64,000 nucleotides of DNA from Octopus sinensis (GCF_006345805.1 NC_043007.1:40424001-40488000), one strand, 5' to 3'; counted from the first letter of the stretch, positions 40,584-52,482 are shown. Made by a program: numbers and translations. Notes: generated by a model not told the origin, from the sequence alone.

Positions 40584-42132
40584 TATATATATGTATATAT
40601 CTAATTCAATGTTCGGACAATGTCCATTTTAGGGAAAGTTGGAAGGAGAGAAATAAATAGAAAACAGCAGAATTTTATATTCGCTTAATTAGAAAACAAA
40701 AATAGCTGTTACTGATAAGGAATGTAGGACCACATTAACATAACACGTGAGCAAGAAGTGGTAAAAGAAACAGTATGAGAAGGAAATAAAAAAGATTAAT
40801 GGAGTGAAGAGAAGCAGGTAAAGTCGAGTATGAGGTGAGAGGGGAGTTGAATGATAAAAAAATGAGTTAATGAAATAAGAGAGGGTATAGGAGTAGAAGG
40901 CAAAACGTTCATTTAAACCCATTGTTTACATGATGCCAAATTCGAATATGAAACGCTGTTTCCTCCATTCTTCTACCGTCCACAAGCCGCATTCCACTTT
41001 CTCATCTTCCTCCTGCCCGTCCTTCCATTGAAAGATAAACACACGTGCAACTTCCATATTCTATTTTCTGACTCCACAACGCTCCAATGTTTCTCGCACC
41101 ACCGAGCCTCGCATTTAAGGAGCTCCACAGCGCCAACATCCCACATAACCAGGCACTTTTAAATGCCCTCGCCGACGATGCAATACCTGCTCCTAAATCA
41201 ACAATACTATCTTCACTGGCCCTAAGACAGGATATCATATTTCTAAGAACTTCTGTTGCTCACCGTCTAACTTTATATACTTCAATATATGCAAACATTG
41301 AGGTGTCCTTTACAGAGGGGACACCAGGCAACGATTTGCTGATCGCTTTTGGGAGCATATTCGAACATACTACTACATATGCTTAAACAACCTGTCTTCA
41401 TCCTGTTAACCACCACAGACCATTCCATCGCTCACTTATCAGTGCGCAGCATTGCTCCACACGATGGCTCAACGTTCTCAAGTAAACGGAGAGAACGACA
41501 TTCCATATTCAAACTTGGCACCATGTCACCGTCAGCATTAAATGAACGTTTTTCCTTCGACTCCTACATCAGATCTCAATTCCTTAAATCCTTTCTTATC
41601 CTTTCACTCCCTTGTCTCTTCATCTTTTCCTTTCATCTCACTCTCAACTTCGCCTGTTTCTCCTCATTCCATTACACTGTTCCTACCACTTCTTGTTCAC
41701 GTATGAAGTTCACGTGCGTTCCTTTTTATTTGCAGTCAAATTTTAACATACTTATCAATCTGTCAGCGCTCAAGCCAGGAGTCAGGCGGGCCATTGAATG
41801 GTTCAACTATTATTTTAAAATTTTAACCATTTCTTGATTTCCGTCGATGTATAAAATATTATAGCAGGTAGTATAAAATTCTAGTAACAAAAAATCATAA
41901 AGTTCATAAGTAGAATAGAAAATCTGAGCAAGTTTCAGTATCTTGCTATATAAAAGTATACATTAAGAGTAGTAGAATTTGGTAGATTGTTATTTCATTG
42001 TTTATTGTGCAGCGATGAATAGCAGAGAGGTCTGAAATGAGATGAAAATTGCTGACCTACCTCAACCAGCTTACCAAATATCATGTTATGTCTCTCTTTT
42101 GTTATCTTATGTCTTACTTTGTATATTTCTAG

Positions 42133-42507
42133 CTTCTTGGAGGAATCTATTCGATGGTTGTTCGCTAATTCTAAAATAAAGAAGGCTAAAAGAGTTATTA
42201 AAACGGCAGCTAAACAAAACAGAGTTGACTTTGAACGTATCTGGAACATAGCTTTGAAAGAAATGTCACTACGTGAAGTATCCGGTCATGTGAATGAGAA
42301 CTTTTGTAATAGCCGAGGTAGCGATCCCAAAGTTACGACAGATGATACAACACTTAAACACACAGGCACCTGCGTTGGAAAAGAAGTTACAAAGCCCGTG
42401 CCCTCGTTGATATCAAGCAAGAACGAAGAATCAAAGTTTGTCCTGATGATGGTTATTTTTAAATCAGCCTACCTAAGGAAAGTTACTCTAGCCATTTGCT
42501 TTTGCTG
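42133..42507 (+). CDS. SLC22: SLC22-like exon 5 (central cytoplasmic loop)
   Basis: Acceptor TTTCTAG|C; FLEESIRWL (variant of PESPRWL)...AAKQN...FKSAYLRKVTLAICFC; donor TG|GTAAGA, phase 2. Confidence 0.9.
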
Positions 42508-43395
42508 GTAAGAACAAATAACCGATACTTTTTTTTGGAAGCTTCAATTAAATAAAGAAAATATACATATTTCAGTTATGTTCTAATGTGTTTAAACCAA
42601 CACGATCGATTCCTATCCTCTCTGCTACGATAATTTAGATAACTAAGATAGTTTCTGTCATTACTAGCCAGGACCATATGCAACGTGGTTTGGTCTTTGT
42701 TGTACGCTCACCAAAAGAGATGCTTATTGACGGTGAGGCCTAGCATCTGTAAATGTCTGTGTTGGATTGAAACAAATAACGGAGTCCAACCATGTTAAAC
42801 TTCCCTGGTACCTATTCACTGGGTGCTATCTGTATGAAGTTTGGCAATATAAAGCAGAACCCAGAAACACAAGAAAACTTTGCATGTAGATGTGAATAAC
42901 AACTCATTAAACTAATACAGGCATACCACAATTTCGGTCGTTAATTCGTTCCAAGGCATGCGACTTAACTGACAAACTACGTAACACGAAAATAATAGTT
43001 TAGAAAATCTATTACCTTATATCTGTTTTAATAAATAGTTTGTACATATTTTCACAAGTATTTTATCTGATTTTCCATTTCAGTATTGGTTTTTAGATGG
43101 TGCTTTTGTTTAAAGTTTGGATAAATTGAGTTGGATAAATCGACTGAAGTTTATTTTAATTTCAGTAAAAACGACGTCAAGTCAAAAAGATTTAACAGAA
43201 AACGGCATATTTTGTTTCATCAGTCAACTTTCCGATGAAACGTTCAGGGCTTCGCCTCGAACATGACGCTTTTCTGTCGTACAGTTAAAGTCAATTTTTT
43301 AACAACTGACTGCACTCTAGAATAGTATGTTATTCCGGCCTTAGTAGTAGTGATAAGTGAAAAATAAATAAGAAACCATTTACTCTATTGTGTAT

Positions 43396-43740
43396 GAAGG
43401 CGCATGGCTCAGCGATTAAAACGTCGGCATGCAACCATGAAGCAGTGAGTTCGATTCCTGAACTAGGCTGTATATTGTGTTCTTGAACCATACACTTTAT
43501 TTCACGTTGCTCCAGTTCAATCAGCTGTAGAAACGAACTGCGACGTCACTGGCACCAAGGTGTAACGGCCTTTGTTTTTTACCTTGGATAACATTGGTGT
43601 TGTGAGAGCATAGGATGTGTATGCATGGGAAACTGCTGGTCTTCCACAAACAATCTTGCTCCGACTTGTGCCTCGGAGGGGAACTTTCTCGGTGCAATAC
43701 TATGGTTATTCATGATCAAAGAGGATCTTTTACTTTATAG
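43396..43740 (+). mobile_element. tRNA-derived SINE, head as at 31781 with a different tail
   Basis: GAGTTCGATTCC B-box; TTGTGTTCTTGAACCATACACTTTATTTCACGTTGCTCCAG matches the 31781 copy. Confidence 0.7.
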
Positions 43741-44508
43741 TATATCATCTAGAAACATATTCGAACATTCCGAACATTCTGGACAATTAAATTTAGGTGT
43801 CTTAAAGTAGCATCTGAACAAGAAATGAACTCTCAGTTTTAATTCTACTTAGGAGCTTTTACTTTTGATTTTGCTGTTTAATCTCTCAACCCTTCAGTAA
43901 TCCATAGTTTATTTTATAATTTTTTCACTGAGTCCCAGCTCTCATAAGACCAGTTACCTAGTTTCCATGGCGCATAAGTGACCACAACATTCCACCCGAA
44001 CTGGGCGCCAGTTCGTTAACAGTTTCCTGAGGGAAGGAGGCAAGTTGATTACATGGGCCCCAGTGGATAACTGGTACTTTATTTTATCGACCACGAAAAG
44101 ATGAAAAGTAAAACTGAACACGGCGGGATTTGAACTCAGAATGTAAAGATCGGGAAGAAACGCCGCTAAGAATTTTGACCGACGTAAAACGATTCTGCCA
44201 GTTCGCCGCTTTATTGTATGTTTACTTCGTTCCTATTCATATTATATGTATTTTGTAGATAGTCGTCTAGCGGAATTAAAATAGAGTAACCGTAGCCAGT
44301 ACATTGTGCTTTAATTACTGCAGGTATTCATTTCATTTCTTTTGTGAGTTATAATTGGACTCAGCAGCAACGTTTGAAATGATTAATGCACATGTAATCG
44401 AAAATATTCTCTGGTCTATCAGAAAAAGAGAAAATAAAATAGACAATATCAGAGGAGCAGAACGTAGAGCAGAGTTCATACATGATACAACTCTGCGTTT
44501 CCATCTAG

Positions 44509-44925
44509 GGATCTTTTCGGTTTGACCGGCAGTTTTTTCTAGTGGTGTCATATGAAATTGTCACCCATAATTATGACTCTAGTATCGATCTATTGCATTT
44601 CAATCTGTTTTAAGGTTAGGGTTAGGGGTGGGAGGAAGGGTATCTTTTTTTCTTCAGAAATGTAAATAAACCAAATCTGTTTCTTAAACGAGGGACATAT
44701 TCATACGGCACAGAATGCTTTTTAACTCAATAGACGTCATTGATTGGTTGAAATTGAAAAACTGAAGAAAAAGAACAACAAATATCTTACAAACTATAGA
44801 ATTTTCTCAATGAAGCCAAAAGAAAAAGATGTTTTATAAACACATTCTACCAGTATACGAAGCTTAAAAGTGTTTAGTTACATGGAAATTATTCTAAAAA
44901 ACTGCCGGTCAAACCAAAAAGATCT
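44509..44925. mobile_element. ~415-bp MITE with ~28-bp TIRs and 8-bp TSD (CCATCTAG)
   Basis: CCATCTAG|GGATCTTTTCGGTTTGACCGGCAGTTTT ... AAAACTGCCGGTCAAACCAAAAAGATCT|CCATCTAG. Confidence 0.88.
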
Positions 44926-45345
44926 CCATCTAGAGTATATAGTTTTTGTACTTCAATTTATATAGTGTTTAGAAACAGTATTTGATATAGAAGTATTACT
45001 TGCAATATGTTGGGTTCCCTTAGAAGTATTGTTTAAGCTAGGGTCCCTTATAAGTAATACTTGCAGTATGTTGGGGTTCCTTTCAACCAATACTCGCAAT
45101 ATGTTGAAGTATCTTAGAAATATTGCTTGAAATAAGCTGGGGGTCCCTTAGAAGTTTTGCTTGTAATAAGTTGTGATCTTCTTGACGCAATTTATTTATT
45201 ATCCTCCAAATGGTTACAGAGCTTAAGAACTAAATGGTGGTCGATACGAGTTCGTGTGAATTTTGGCGAGTAACAGTGATGGTTTTCTTAATTGCAGACA
45301 TTATGAAATTTAGAATGAAATAGAAAACAATCTAATATTCCTACA

Positions 45346-45545
45346 GTTCTATATTTAAGATGAGGAATTATGTACATTATTTATATTATTTACATTATTT
45401 ACATTCGACAGATATTTGTCTTCATTTTGTTTGTTGTTAGCACTTGTACATAATTCCTCATCTCTTAAATATAGAACTGTATTAGTGTTAACAACAAACA
45501 AGATGAGGACAAATATCCGTCGAATGTAAATAATGTAAATAATGT
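45346..45545. mobile_element. rearranged tail fragments of the hammerhead-bearing SINE (S5)
   Basis: Three pieces homologous to 55131-55214, in both orientations; two of them end at the GTGTTAAC/GTTAGCAC junction. Confidence 0.8.
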
Positions 45546-45991
45546 GCTAATATTCCTAGTTCATTATATTACTGGTATTTATTTTATCGTAAAGGCGGGA
45601 AGATCCATTTAACAGTACAGGTTGTGTTTCCGGAAGAATATGCTGGAAATGGTCAGTAGCTCATCACAACACCCATGAAATATTTGTCGCATTTATGTAA
45701 TACAATGGGAAGACACTTCAGCTTTCAGAAATATTTGTTTTTCTATTACTTTATTGACACTGAAGAACGGAAGACATAATCGATACAACCGAGAGGTTTT
45801 GAACTCAGGGCTCAGAAGAAGAATTGTGACTAAATATTTGCAAGTCATTTTAATGTTGCTCTGTAAAGTTTGTACCAATTACGGAAAAAAATAATCATTC
45901 GAGAGCGAAAATAGTATTTTGTTTCTGTAATTGAATTCTTAAAATCTAATATGGAAAGCGGAAATATAAATTCTCTTTTTTTAAATTCGAG

Positions 45992-46126
45992 GTTCCTTGA
46001 GATGACAGCGTTCTCCAGTGTTTACTTTATGTCAGAATCTTTGGGAGGAAATGTGTATTTCAACTTTCTCATGATGAGTGTAGCTGAACTAGTCGCTTCT
46101 TTGTTATATGTGTTGATAGTAAAAAG
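45992..46126 (+). CDS. SLC22: SLC22-like exon 6 (TM7-TM8), probable GC-AG donor
   Basis: Acceptor ...TTCGAG|G completes TGG (W); FLEMTAFSSVYFMSESLGGNVYFNFLMMSVAELVASLLYVLIVK (L-x-G-N/D-x-Y/F-x-N-F...E SLC22 pattern); end AAG|GCAAGT. An alternative GT at 46131 is possible. Confidence 0.8.
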
Positions 46127-46354
46127 GCAAGTATTTTTTATACATATAATTGCATACATACATGCATATATGCTAGTTTATATGTATGTAAATATACTCT
46201 AATGCGTTCATTCATATACACCTATTTCTCATAGGAAAATTTATAAAGTTAAATGCATTTGCAAAGCCTGCCAAGACCGGTGGGATGTTGATGTCCACAC
46301 ACTGTTGGTGTTTAGATAATGATGATACTGATGTTAGCGTTTAGATAATGTTAA

Positions 46355-46767
46355 GGATCTTTTCGGTTTGAACGGCAGTTTTTTCTAGCGGTGTCATATG
46401 AAATTGTCACCCATAATTATGACCCTAGAATCGATCTATTGCATTTCAATCTCTTTTAGGGTTAGGATTAGGGGTGGGGAAGGGTATCTTTTTTTCTTCA
46501 CAAATGTAAATAAACCAAATCTGTTTCTTAAACGAGGGACATATTCATACGGCACAGAATGCTTTTTAACTCAATAGACGTCACTGATTGGTTGAAATTG
46601 CAGAAATTGAGGAAAAAACAACAAATATCTTAAAAACTATAGAATTTTCTCAATAAAGCCAAGAGAAAAAGATGTTTTATAAACACATTCTACCAGTATA
46701 CGAAGTTAAAAATTTTTTAGTTACCTAGAAATTATGTTAAAAACTGCCGTTCAAACCGAAATGATCC
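46355..46767. mobile_element. second copy of the ~415-bp MITE, 8-bp TSD (AATGTTAA)
   Basis: AATGTTAA|GGATCTTTTCGGTTTGAACGGCAG ... CTGCCGTTCAAACCGAAATGATCC|AATGTTAA. Confidence 0.9.
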
Positions 46768-47163
46768 AATGTTAATGCTCATATGCTGTTGATGTTTAGT
46801 TTGAACACTTGTAGGACGGTATTTGCAGAGGAAAGGTAAAAAAAACCTAGGGCGAAGAAATAAAGAGGGTTATAGTTTAGGGAGAAAGTAGTGGGTGACA
46901 TCATTAGTACGGGGATTATGACATACGTTCAATATTAACGAAACTAATAAACGGGGAGCAAACCAGTTTGTCCAACAGACCTTGGTCAAGAGGTTGTGCA
47001 GATCGCTACAAAGTTGCGAGGAGTAAAAGCTGTAGTAGAGAAAGAAGAAACCTTTGTGAATTTGTAGTTGATGCATATTGAGTGTTTGTCAGTAAAAATG
47101 GATCCAGGATGTTTTCGTTCGCAGCAACAACACCGAGCCACGTTGTATATGTGTATATATATA

Positions 47164-47195
<32 letters not shown>

Positions 47196-47295
47196 NNNNN
47201 NNNNNNNNNNNNNNNNNNNNNNNNNNNNNNNNNNNNNNNNNNNNNNNNNNNNNNNNNNNNNNNNNNNNNNNNNNNNNNNNNNNNNNNNNNNNNNN
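47196..47295. other. assembly gap (100 N, true size unknown)
   Basis: Run of N between a (TA)n tract and the Helitron. Confidence 0.99.
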
Positions 47296-49603
47296 TCCGG
47301 ACCAAAGCTGTGGGATATTTTTCCTGGACGCTCCTGGGGGCACTGGGAAAACTTTTGTCAACAAATTAATATTGGCTGAGATTAGGCGAACACAAGGCAT
47401 TGCCCTAGCTGTGGCATCATCTGGAATGTGGCTACTTTGTTGCCAGGCAGCAGGACAGCTCACTGCACTTTCAAGCTCCCACGTGACTTAGCGAAGACTG
47501 AGACACCAACTTGCAACATCAGTAACCAGCTCCGATCAGGCAGAAGTCTTTCAGACAATGCAAGCTTATCGTTGGGATGAATGCACGATGGCCCACAGAG
47601 GTACTCTTGAGGCACTAGTAAAGCTCTCAGAGACTCAACACACTCTTCAGCTCCCATGGGAGGCATAACACTTCTTCTTTCAGGGGACTTCCCGGACAAA
47701 CACTTCCCGTTATTCCCAAAGGGACTAGAGCTGATGCTTAGTCATCCACATTGTGGCCACTGGTGAAGACTCTCAAACTTCACACCAATATGCGTCAAGC
47801 TCATGACCATTGCGCTCATATGCGACAATATCACAATCAGCACATTTCTCCTTCACCACCCTCCTTGCAGCCTTGGCGAAGGCAAAATACCAGGGGATGA
47901 AAATGGTAATATTTCATCGATTCCATTTGTACCATTGTTAAAACGGCCTTCTGATCTCAGAGATGCAGTGTTCCCAGATCTAACAAGCTAATTATCAGAA
48001 TATGGATTGGATTGACCAAAGGGCTATTCTGGCCCTGAGGAATAAAACTGTTCACCATATTAATGATGAAATGCTAAGACTCATTTCCTGGGGATGTCTA
48101 TGTATATAAGTCTATCGATACACCTCCTGACCCAGAGGACATCGTCAACTATCCAATAGACGTACTCAATTCCTTTGAGCCCCCCGGACTACCCACCAAC
48201 ACATTCTTCAAACTTAAAGTTTTTTGGTGCCCCTATAATGCTCATAGAAATTTGGTTCCCCCCAAAACAATGCAATGCACATGTTTGATCGTTAAGTCCT
48301 TATCTCCCATCTGTTGCTGCTGCGACACGCGAGCGGCAACATAAGCTGACCAGAGAGAAACATGGCTCTCCAAATGTATTCCCGCCACAGACAGTGTGTG
48401 ACCCTGCGCTTTGTTAATCTGATTGAGGCCACCATTATCACAGGTGCGGTCGAGGCAACGTTGTGCTCATACCTAGGATGCATCTTTTCCCATCAGGAGC
48501 AGACCTACCTTTCATATTTCGGAGATCCCAGTTCCCAGTAAGGCCATGTTTCGCAATGTCAATTAACAAAGCGCAGGGTCAAACACTGTCTGTGGCGTGA
48601 ATACATTTGGGAGAGCCATGTTTCTCTCATGGTCAGCTTTATGTTGACTGCTCGCGTGTCGGCAGCAACAGTGATGCTTTCGCATTCATCCACAACGAAA
48701 AACAAAAAAACTTGTGTACAAGGAGGTTTTATAATAGAGGATTACTACTACGTTTCAATCATTTTCGAATACGTTAGTATTTCACCCACATACGACTCTC
48801 TTTTATGATGGCATGTACATTTTTAGGCGTTTCATCATGACATTAATTCACACTAACCAACACTTATTCGCTCACTGTATTTCGCTCACCTCTATTTCTA
48901 TCCATTCATCATCAAACCACCAGCCTCATCTTCTATATCCAACGTACATGACACATCTACCCCTACATCTACACTCTCACTGTTAAATTTACATAGCGAC
49001 AACACGATCGCAATATACACTTTGGAACTAAGCAAAGATCATTTTATACAACAAATTGAAATCATAACGCCCATCAATGAAAACATCTCCACCACTGTGT
49101 TGTGATTCATCTAATCAGCACCACTACAGTCTTGCCGGTCTGACATATGGTGAGTTGATGCTATTGTTCTATATTTTATAAATTACCCATATTTACTTAC
49201 CCATGCTTCATTCCGCTCTTGCCTACATAGGGCATCCATTCTCTTTTAACACAGCATTGAAGTTTTGTAACAGCACACCCCCCTGCCGTTCGTGGAAAAC
49301 AAAGAGACCCTATTCACCTGCGAACGTTTTACACCGCCTTCCACGACTATCAAATTCTTACAATTATGAGAACAATAACATGGCTCTTTTCAAGGCAACC
49401 TCGCATTCAATTTCTTACATCAACCTTACACCATTCTACTAGGGGTAGGAACCCATTTAAAAGGCTTTCTATACCTTACAAATACATTCATTCGCCGTAA
49501 ACTTATATCAATATTTGCCTGAATAATCATCATAATCAGTGTGCAATCATTAACAGTATTTTCAAGCAATTCAACCCCGAGCATCGCCGGGCAATTCTGC
49601 TAG
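47296..49603 (+). mobile_element. Helitron 3' half: degenerate Pif1-family helicase plus intact 3' terminus
   Basis: FLDAPGGTGKTF (Walker A), WDECTMAH, KAQGQTL...FSHGQLYV.CSRV; subterminal CCCGAGCATCGCCGGG hairpin followed by CTAG|T at 49600-49604. Confidence 0.92.
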
Positions 49604-49607
49604 TATG

Positions 49608-49660
<53 letters not shown>

Positions 49661-49837
49661 ATAATAATAATATTAGGGCATAAATCCAATTTACAGGGAA
49701 AAATCAGATTTAGGATTGAATCCAATTTTATAGTAAAATATTATATATATTAATTAGAGACAAAACCACTATTTTGCAAATCAAACAAGGAAGACTTAAT
49801 CAATACATAAAAAAAATTTTAATATAAAGTAAATAAA

Positions 49838-49881
49838 TCACTACAATTGTTTCCTGTCTTCAAATGACATTCATCAGGTGG
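49838..49881 (-). ncRNA. minimal hammerhead-like motif, mirror copy in the palindrome
   Basis: Minus strand: CCAC-CTGATGA-ATGTC(ATTTGAA)GACAG-GAAA-CAATTG-TA^GTGA. Confidence 0.55.
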
Positions 49882-49928
49882 ATTTCGTATCTTCTATTCA
49901 ATTTAAAATTGAATAGAATATACGAAAT

Positions 49929-49972
49929 CCACCTGATGAATGTCATTTGAAGACAGGAAACAATTGTAGTGG
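49929..49972 (+). ncRNA. minimal type I hammerhead-like motif, sense strand of an SLC22 intron
   Basis: CCAC-CTGATGA-A TGTC(ATTTGAA)GACA G-GAAA-CAATTG-TA^GTGG; stem III is the palindrome ACAATTGT, GUA triplet (cut after 49968), A.G at 10.1/11.1. Confidence 0.62.
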
Positions 49973-50100
49973 CGATTTTTACTTATATTAAATTTTTTTT
50001 AGTATTATTAAGTCTTTCCTTGTTTGATTTGCAAAATAGTGGTTTTGTCTCTAATTAATATTATATATATATATTTTATATATATATTATATATATATTA

Positions 50101-50261
<161 letters not shown>

Positions 50262-50274
50262 ATATATATTTATT

Positions 50275-50660
50275 GTGGAGGCGCAATGGCCCAGTGGTTA
50301 GGGCAGCGGACTCACGGTCGTAGGATCGCGGTTTCGATTCCCAGACCGGGCGTTGTGAGTGTTTATATTGAGCGAAATACCTAAAAAGCTCCAGGAAGCT
50401 CCGGCAGGGATGGTGGTGATCCCTGCTGTACTCTTTCACCACAACTTTCTCTCTCACTCTTACTTCCTGTTTCTGTTGTACCTGTATGTCAAAGGGCCGG
50501 CCTTGTCACTCTCTGTGTCACGCTGATATCCCCGAGAACTACGTTAAGGGTACACGTGTCTGTGGAGTGCTCAGCCACTTACACGTCAATTTCACGAGCA
50601 GGCTGTTCCATTGATCAGATCAACCGGAACCCTCGTCGTCGTAACCGACGGAGTGCTTCC
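50275..50660 (+). mobile_element. tRNA-derived SINE with the head of 1626 and the tail of 31781
   Basis: A-box TGGCCCAGTGG, B-box GTTTCGATTCC; shared segments read directly. Confidence 0.8.
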
Positions 50661-51377
50661 ATCCATTTATATTTATAGATATACATTTATATGTATGTAT
50701 GTATATGGTTATGTATTAGGTTTTTGAGTAACCTAGTTCCTTTATTTCCACTGTTATTTGAAATGATACAATAACTATTTCATTGCAGTTTTTAATGGAT
50801 TTTCTTTTGTCGCTCTTTTCTTTCTCTGCTGCAACTTTATTTATGGTTTATGAAATTTGAATGAATTTTACTTCTTTTAAGATATATGCTGCTTATTAGT
50901 CATATAGAACAAAATGAGCAAGTGGAACGATGACAAGCAGTCATGAACAATGAAAAATTTGTTAAATTGTAGCAAGGATTAAAATAAATGAACAGAAAAT
51001 ACAAGAAAAAACGAATTTATCCAACAAATCTCTATATAATACGTATATACATACATACATACATATATACATACATACATACATACACTATATATATATA
51101 CATGAATACACACACACATACACACATATATATGTATATATACATACATAAATGCCTACATGTTAGCATGCATACATACATACATACAGATCCAAGCCAT
51201 CACTGGAACTATAAAACTCTGTAAAGTAATATGAGCATGTCTAGATATGCAAGTATATACACAAGGAGACATACGTAAAACATAAGTTACAAATCTGCCT
51301 GTATACATACATACATGTAGACATATATACATACATACTTGCATACATACATATATACATACATACATACAAAAATA

Positions 51378-51472
51378 CTCCGTTGTTGTTGAAATTCCAA
51401 TGAAGGAGCTTTGGATCTAGGTTAGAAACCGGCTCTTACCAAGAAACCTTGAAATAAAGCTGAATAATGACA
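51378..51472. mobile_element. ~100-bp repeat embedded in (CATA)n, copy 2
   Basis: Reverse complement of 16062-16165. Confidence 0.7.
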
Positions 51473-51686
51473 TACATACATATATGCATACATACATGTT
51501 ATAGGGTAGTGCGAATCGAAAACATTCCGGTAAAGGAATTTAGTAAACCTCATGTATGTATACATGAATGAATTTACATGTATGTATATATATATATGTA
51601 TAAGGGTGGAAAGGAACACACGAGTTGATATATATGAAAAAAACAAGTCAAAAATAGAAAATGCTAAGATAATTTTATAGTGAATC

Positions 51687-51730
51687 TTTCAGTACCGGTT
51701 TCGGTCATTTTGAGACCTTTTCAACTGTAA
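51687..51730 (-). ncRNA. minimal type I hammerhead-like motif with a U3-A8 variant core
   Basis: Minus strand: TTACAG-TTGAAAA-GGTC(TCAAAAT)GACC-GAAA-CCGG-TA^CTGAAA; palindromic stem III ACCGGT, G10.1-C11.1, GUA triplet. Confidence 0.62.
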
Positions 51731-51759
51731 CGATTCAATAATTAAATTTAGAAAATTAG

Positions 51760-51803
<44 letters not shown>

Positions 51804-51838
51804 TATGCATGTATCTACATTTTGTTTTCTTTATTTAG

Positions 51839-52030
51839 GCTGTATACGTTCCTTGGGCTTTCGGTGTTATCTTGGGAACTGGATGTGCAATTGCTGCTGT
51901 ATTGGTTCTGTTTGTTCTACCAGAAACGAAAAATCAAATTTTACCACAGACCGTTGAAGATCTAAATAAAATGATGGCTGAAGAAAAAGAAAAGAAAATG
52001 AAAATAAAAACAATAAAAACAATATCATAG
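51839..52030 (+). CDS. SLC22: SLC22-like last coding exon (TM12 and C-terminus; not in the ORF track)
   Basis: Acceptor TTTTCTTTATTTAG|GCT; AVYVPWAFGVILGTGCAIAAVLVLFVLPETKNQILPQTVEDL...TIS* contains the LPETK-x3-LP-x-T SLC22 signature; TAG at 52028-52030. Confidence 0.92.
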   Translation, partial: AVYVPWAFGVILGTGCAIAAVLVLFVLPETKNQILPQTVEDLNKMMAEEKEKKMKIKTIKTIS

Positions 52031-52482
52031 GGAAGGAAGAAAAAAGCTTTCAATCACACTTTTACTCATGAGGATCTGGATTTATTCTTGGGTTAAAGAT
52101 GTCTTATCTAGGTACAACGCCAGCTATTTGGAGACGAATTTTTAGTCAATCAACGGAACCTTAAAAGTAGACTGATATTTTATCTCATCGTTCTCAGAAA
52201 TACGAAAAGCAAAATTGATCTCGATAGGTTTTGAACTCAGAACGCAAAGTACTACAAAGAAAAATACTGAAAGGGATCTATGCCTGAGGCTGTAAAGAAT
52301 TTGCTAATCCACCATCTTTCTTCAATAATTAATCGTTTTAAACTTAAGGACATGATTTGAAATTTGAGGGGCATGAATTAGCTAATTAAATCTATTCCTG
52401 TACATTACTGGTACTTTATTTTATCGTCTTTGGTAAAGCAAAGTGAATGTAGGCAGAATTAACTCGTATCGTAAACACAACA

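Larger units (their letters stand above)
49745..50065. repeat. ~320-bp near-perfect palindrome centred at 49905
   Basis: Arms 49745-49904 and 49906-50065 are reverse complements, with a few indels. Confidence 0.9.

Noticed and set aside
46235-46319. Good-looking acceptor (TTTCTCATAG|G) near exon 6
   Set aside because: The phase-compatible frame reads RKIYKVKCICKACQDRW... and stops at 46317-46319; it is not SLC22-like.
46876-46891. Possible exon 7 start: AG|T TTA GGG AGA AAG gives (S)LGRK in the right phase
   Set aside because: Immediate TAG stop, purine-rich acceptor, and no transmembrane segment afterwards.
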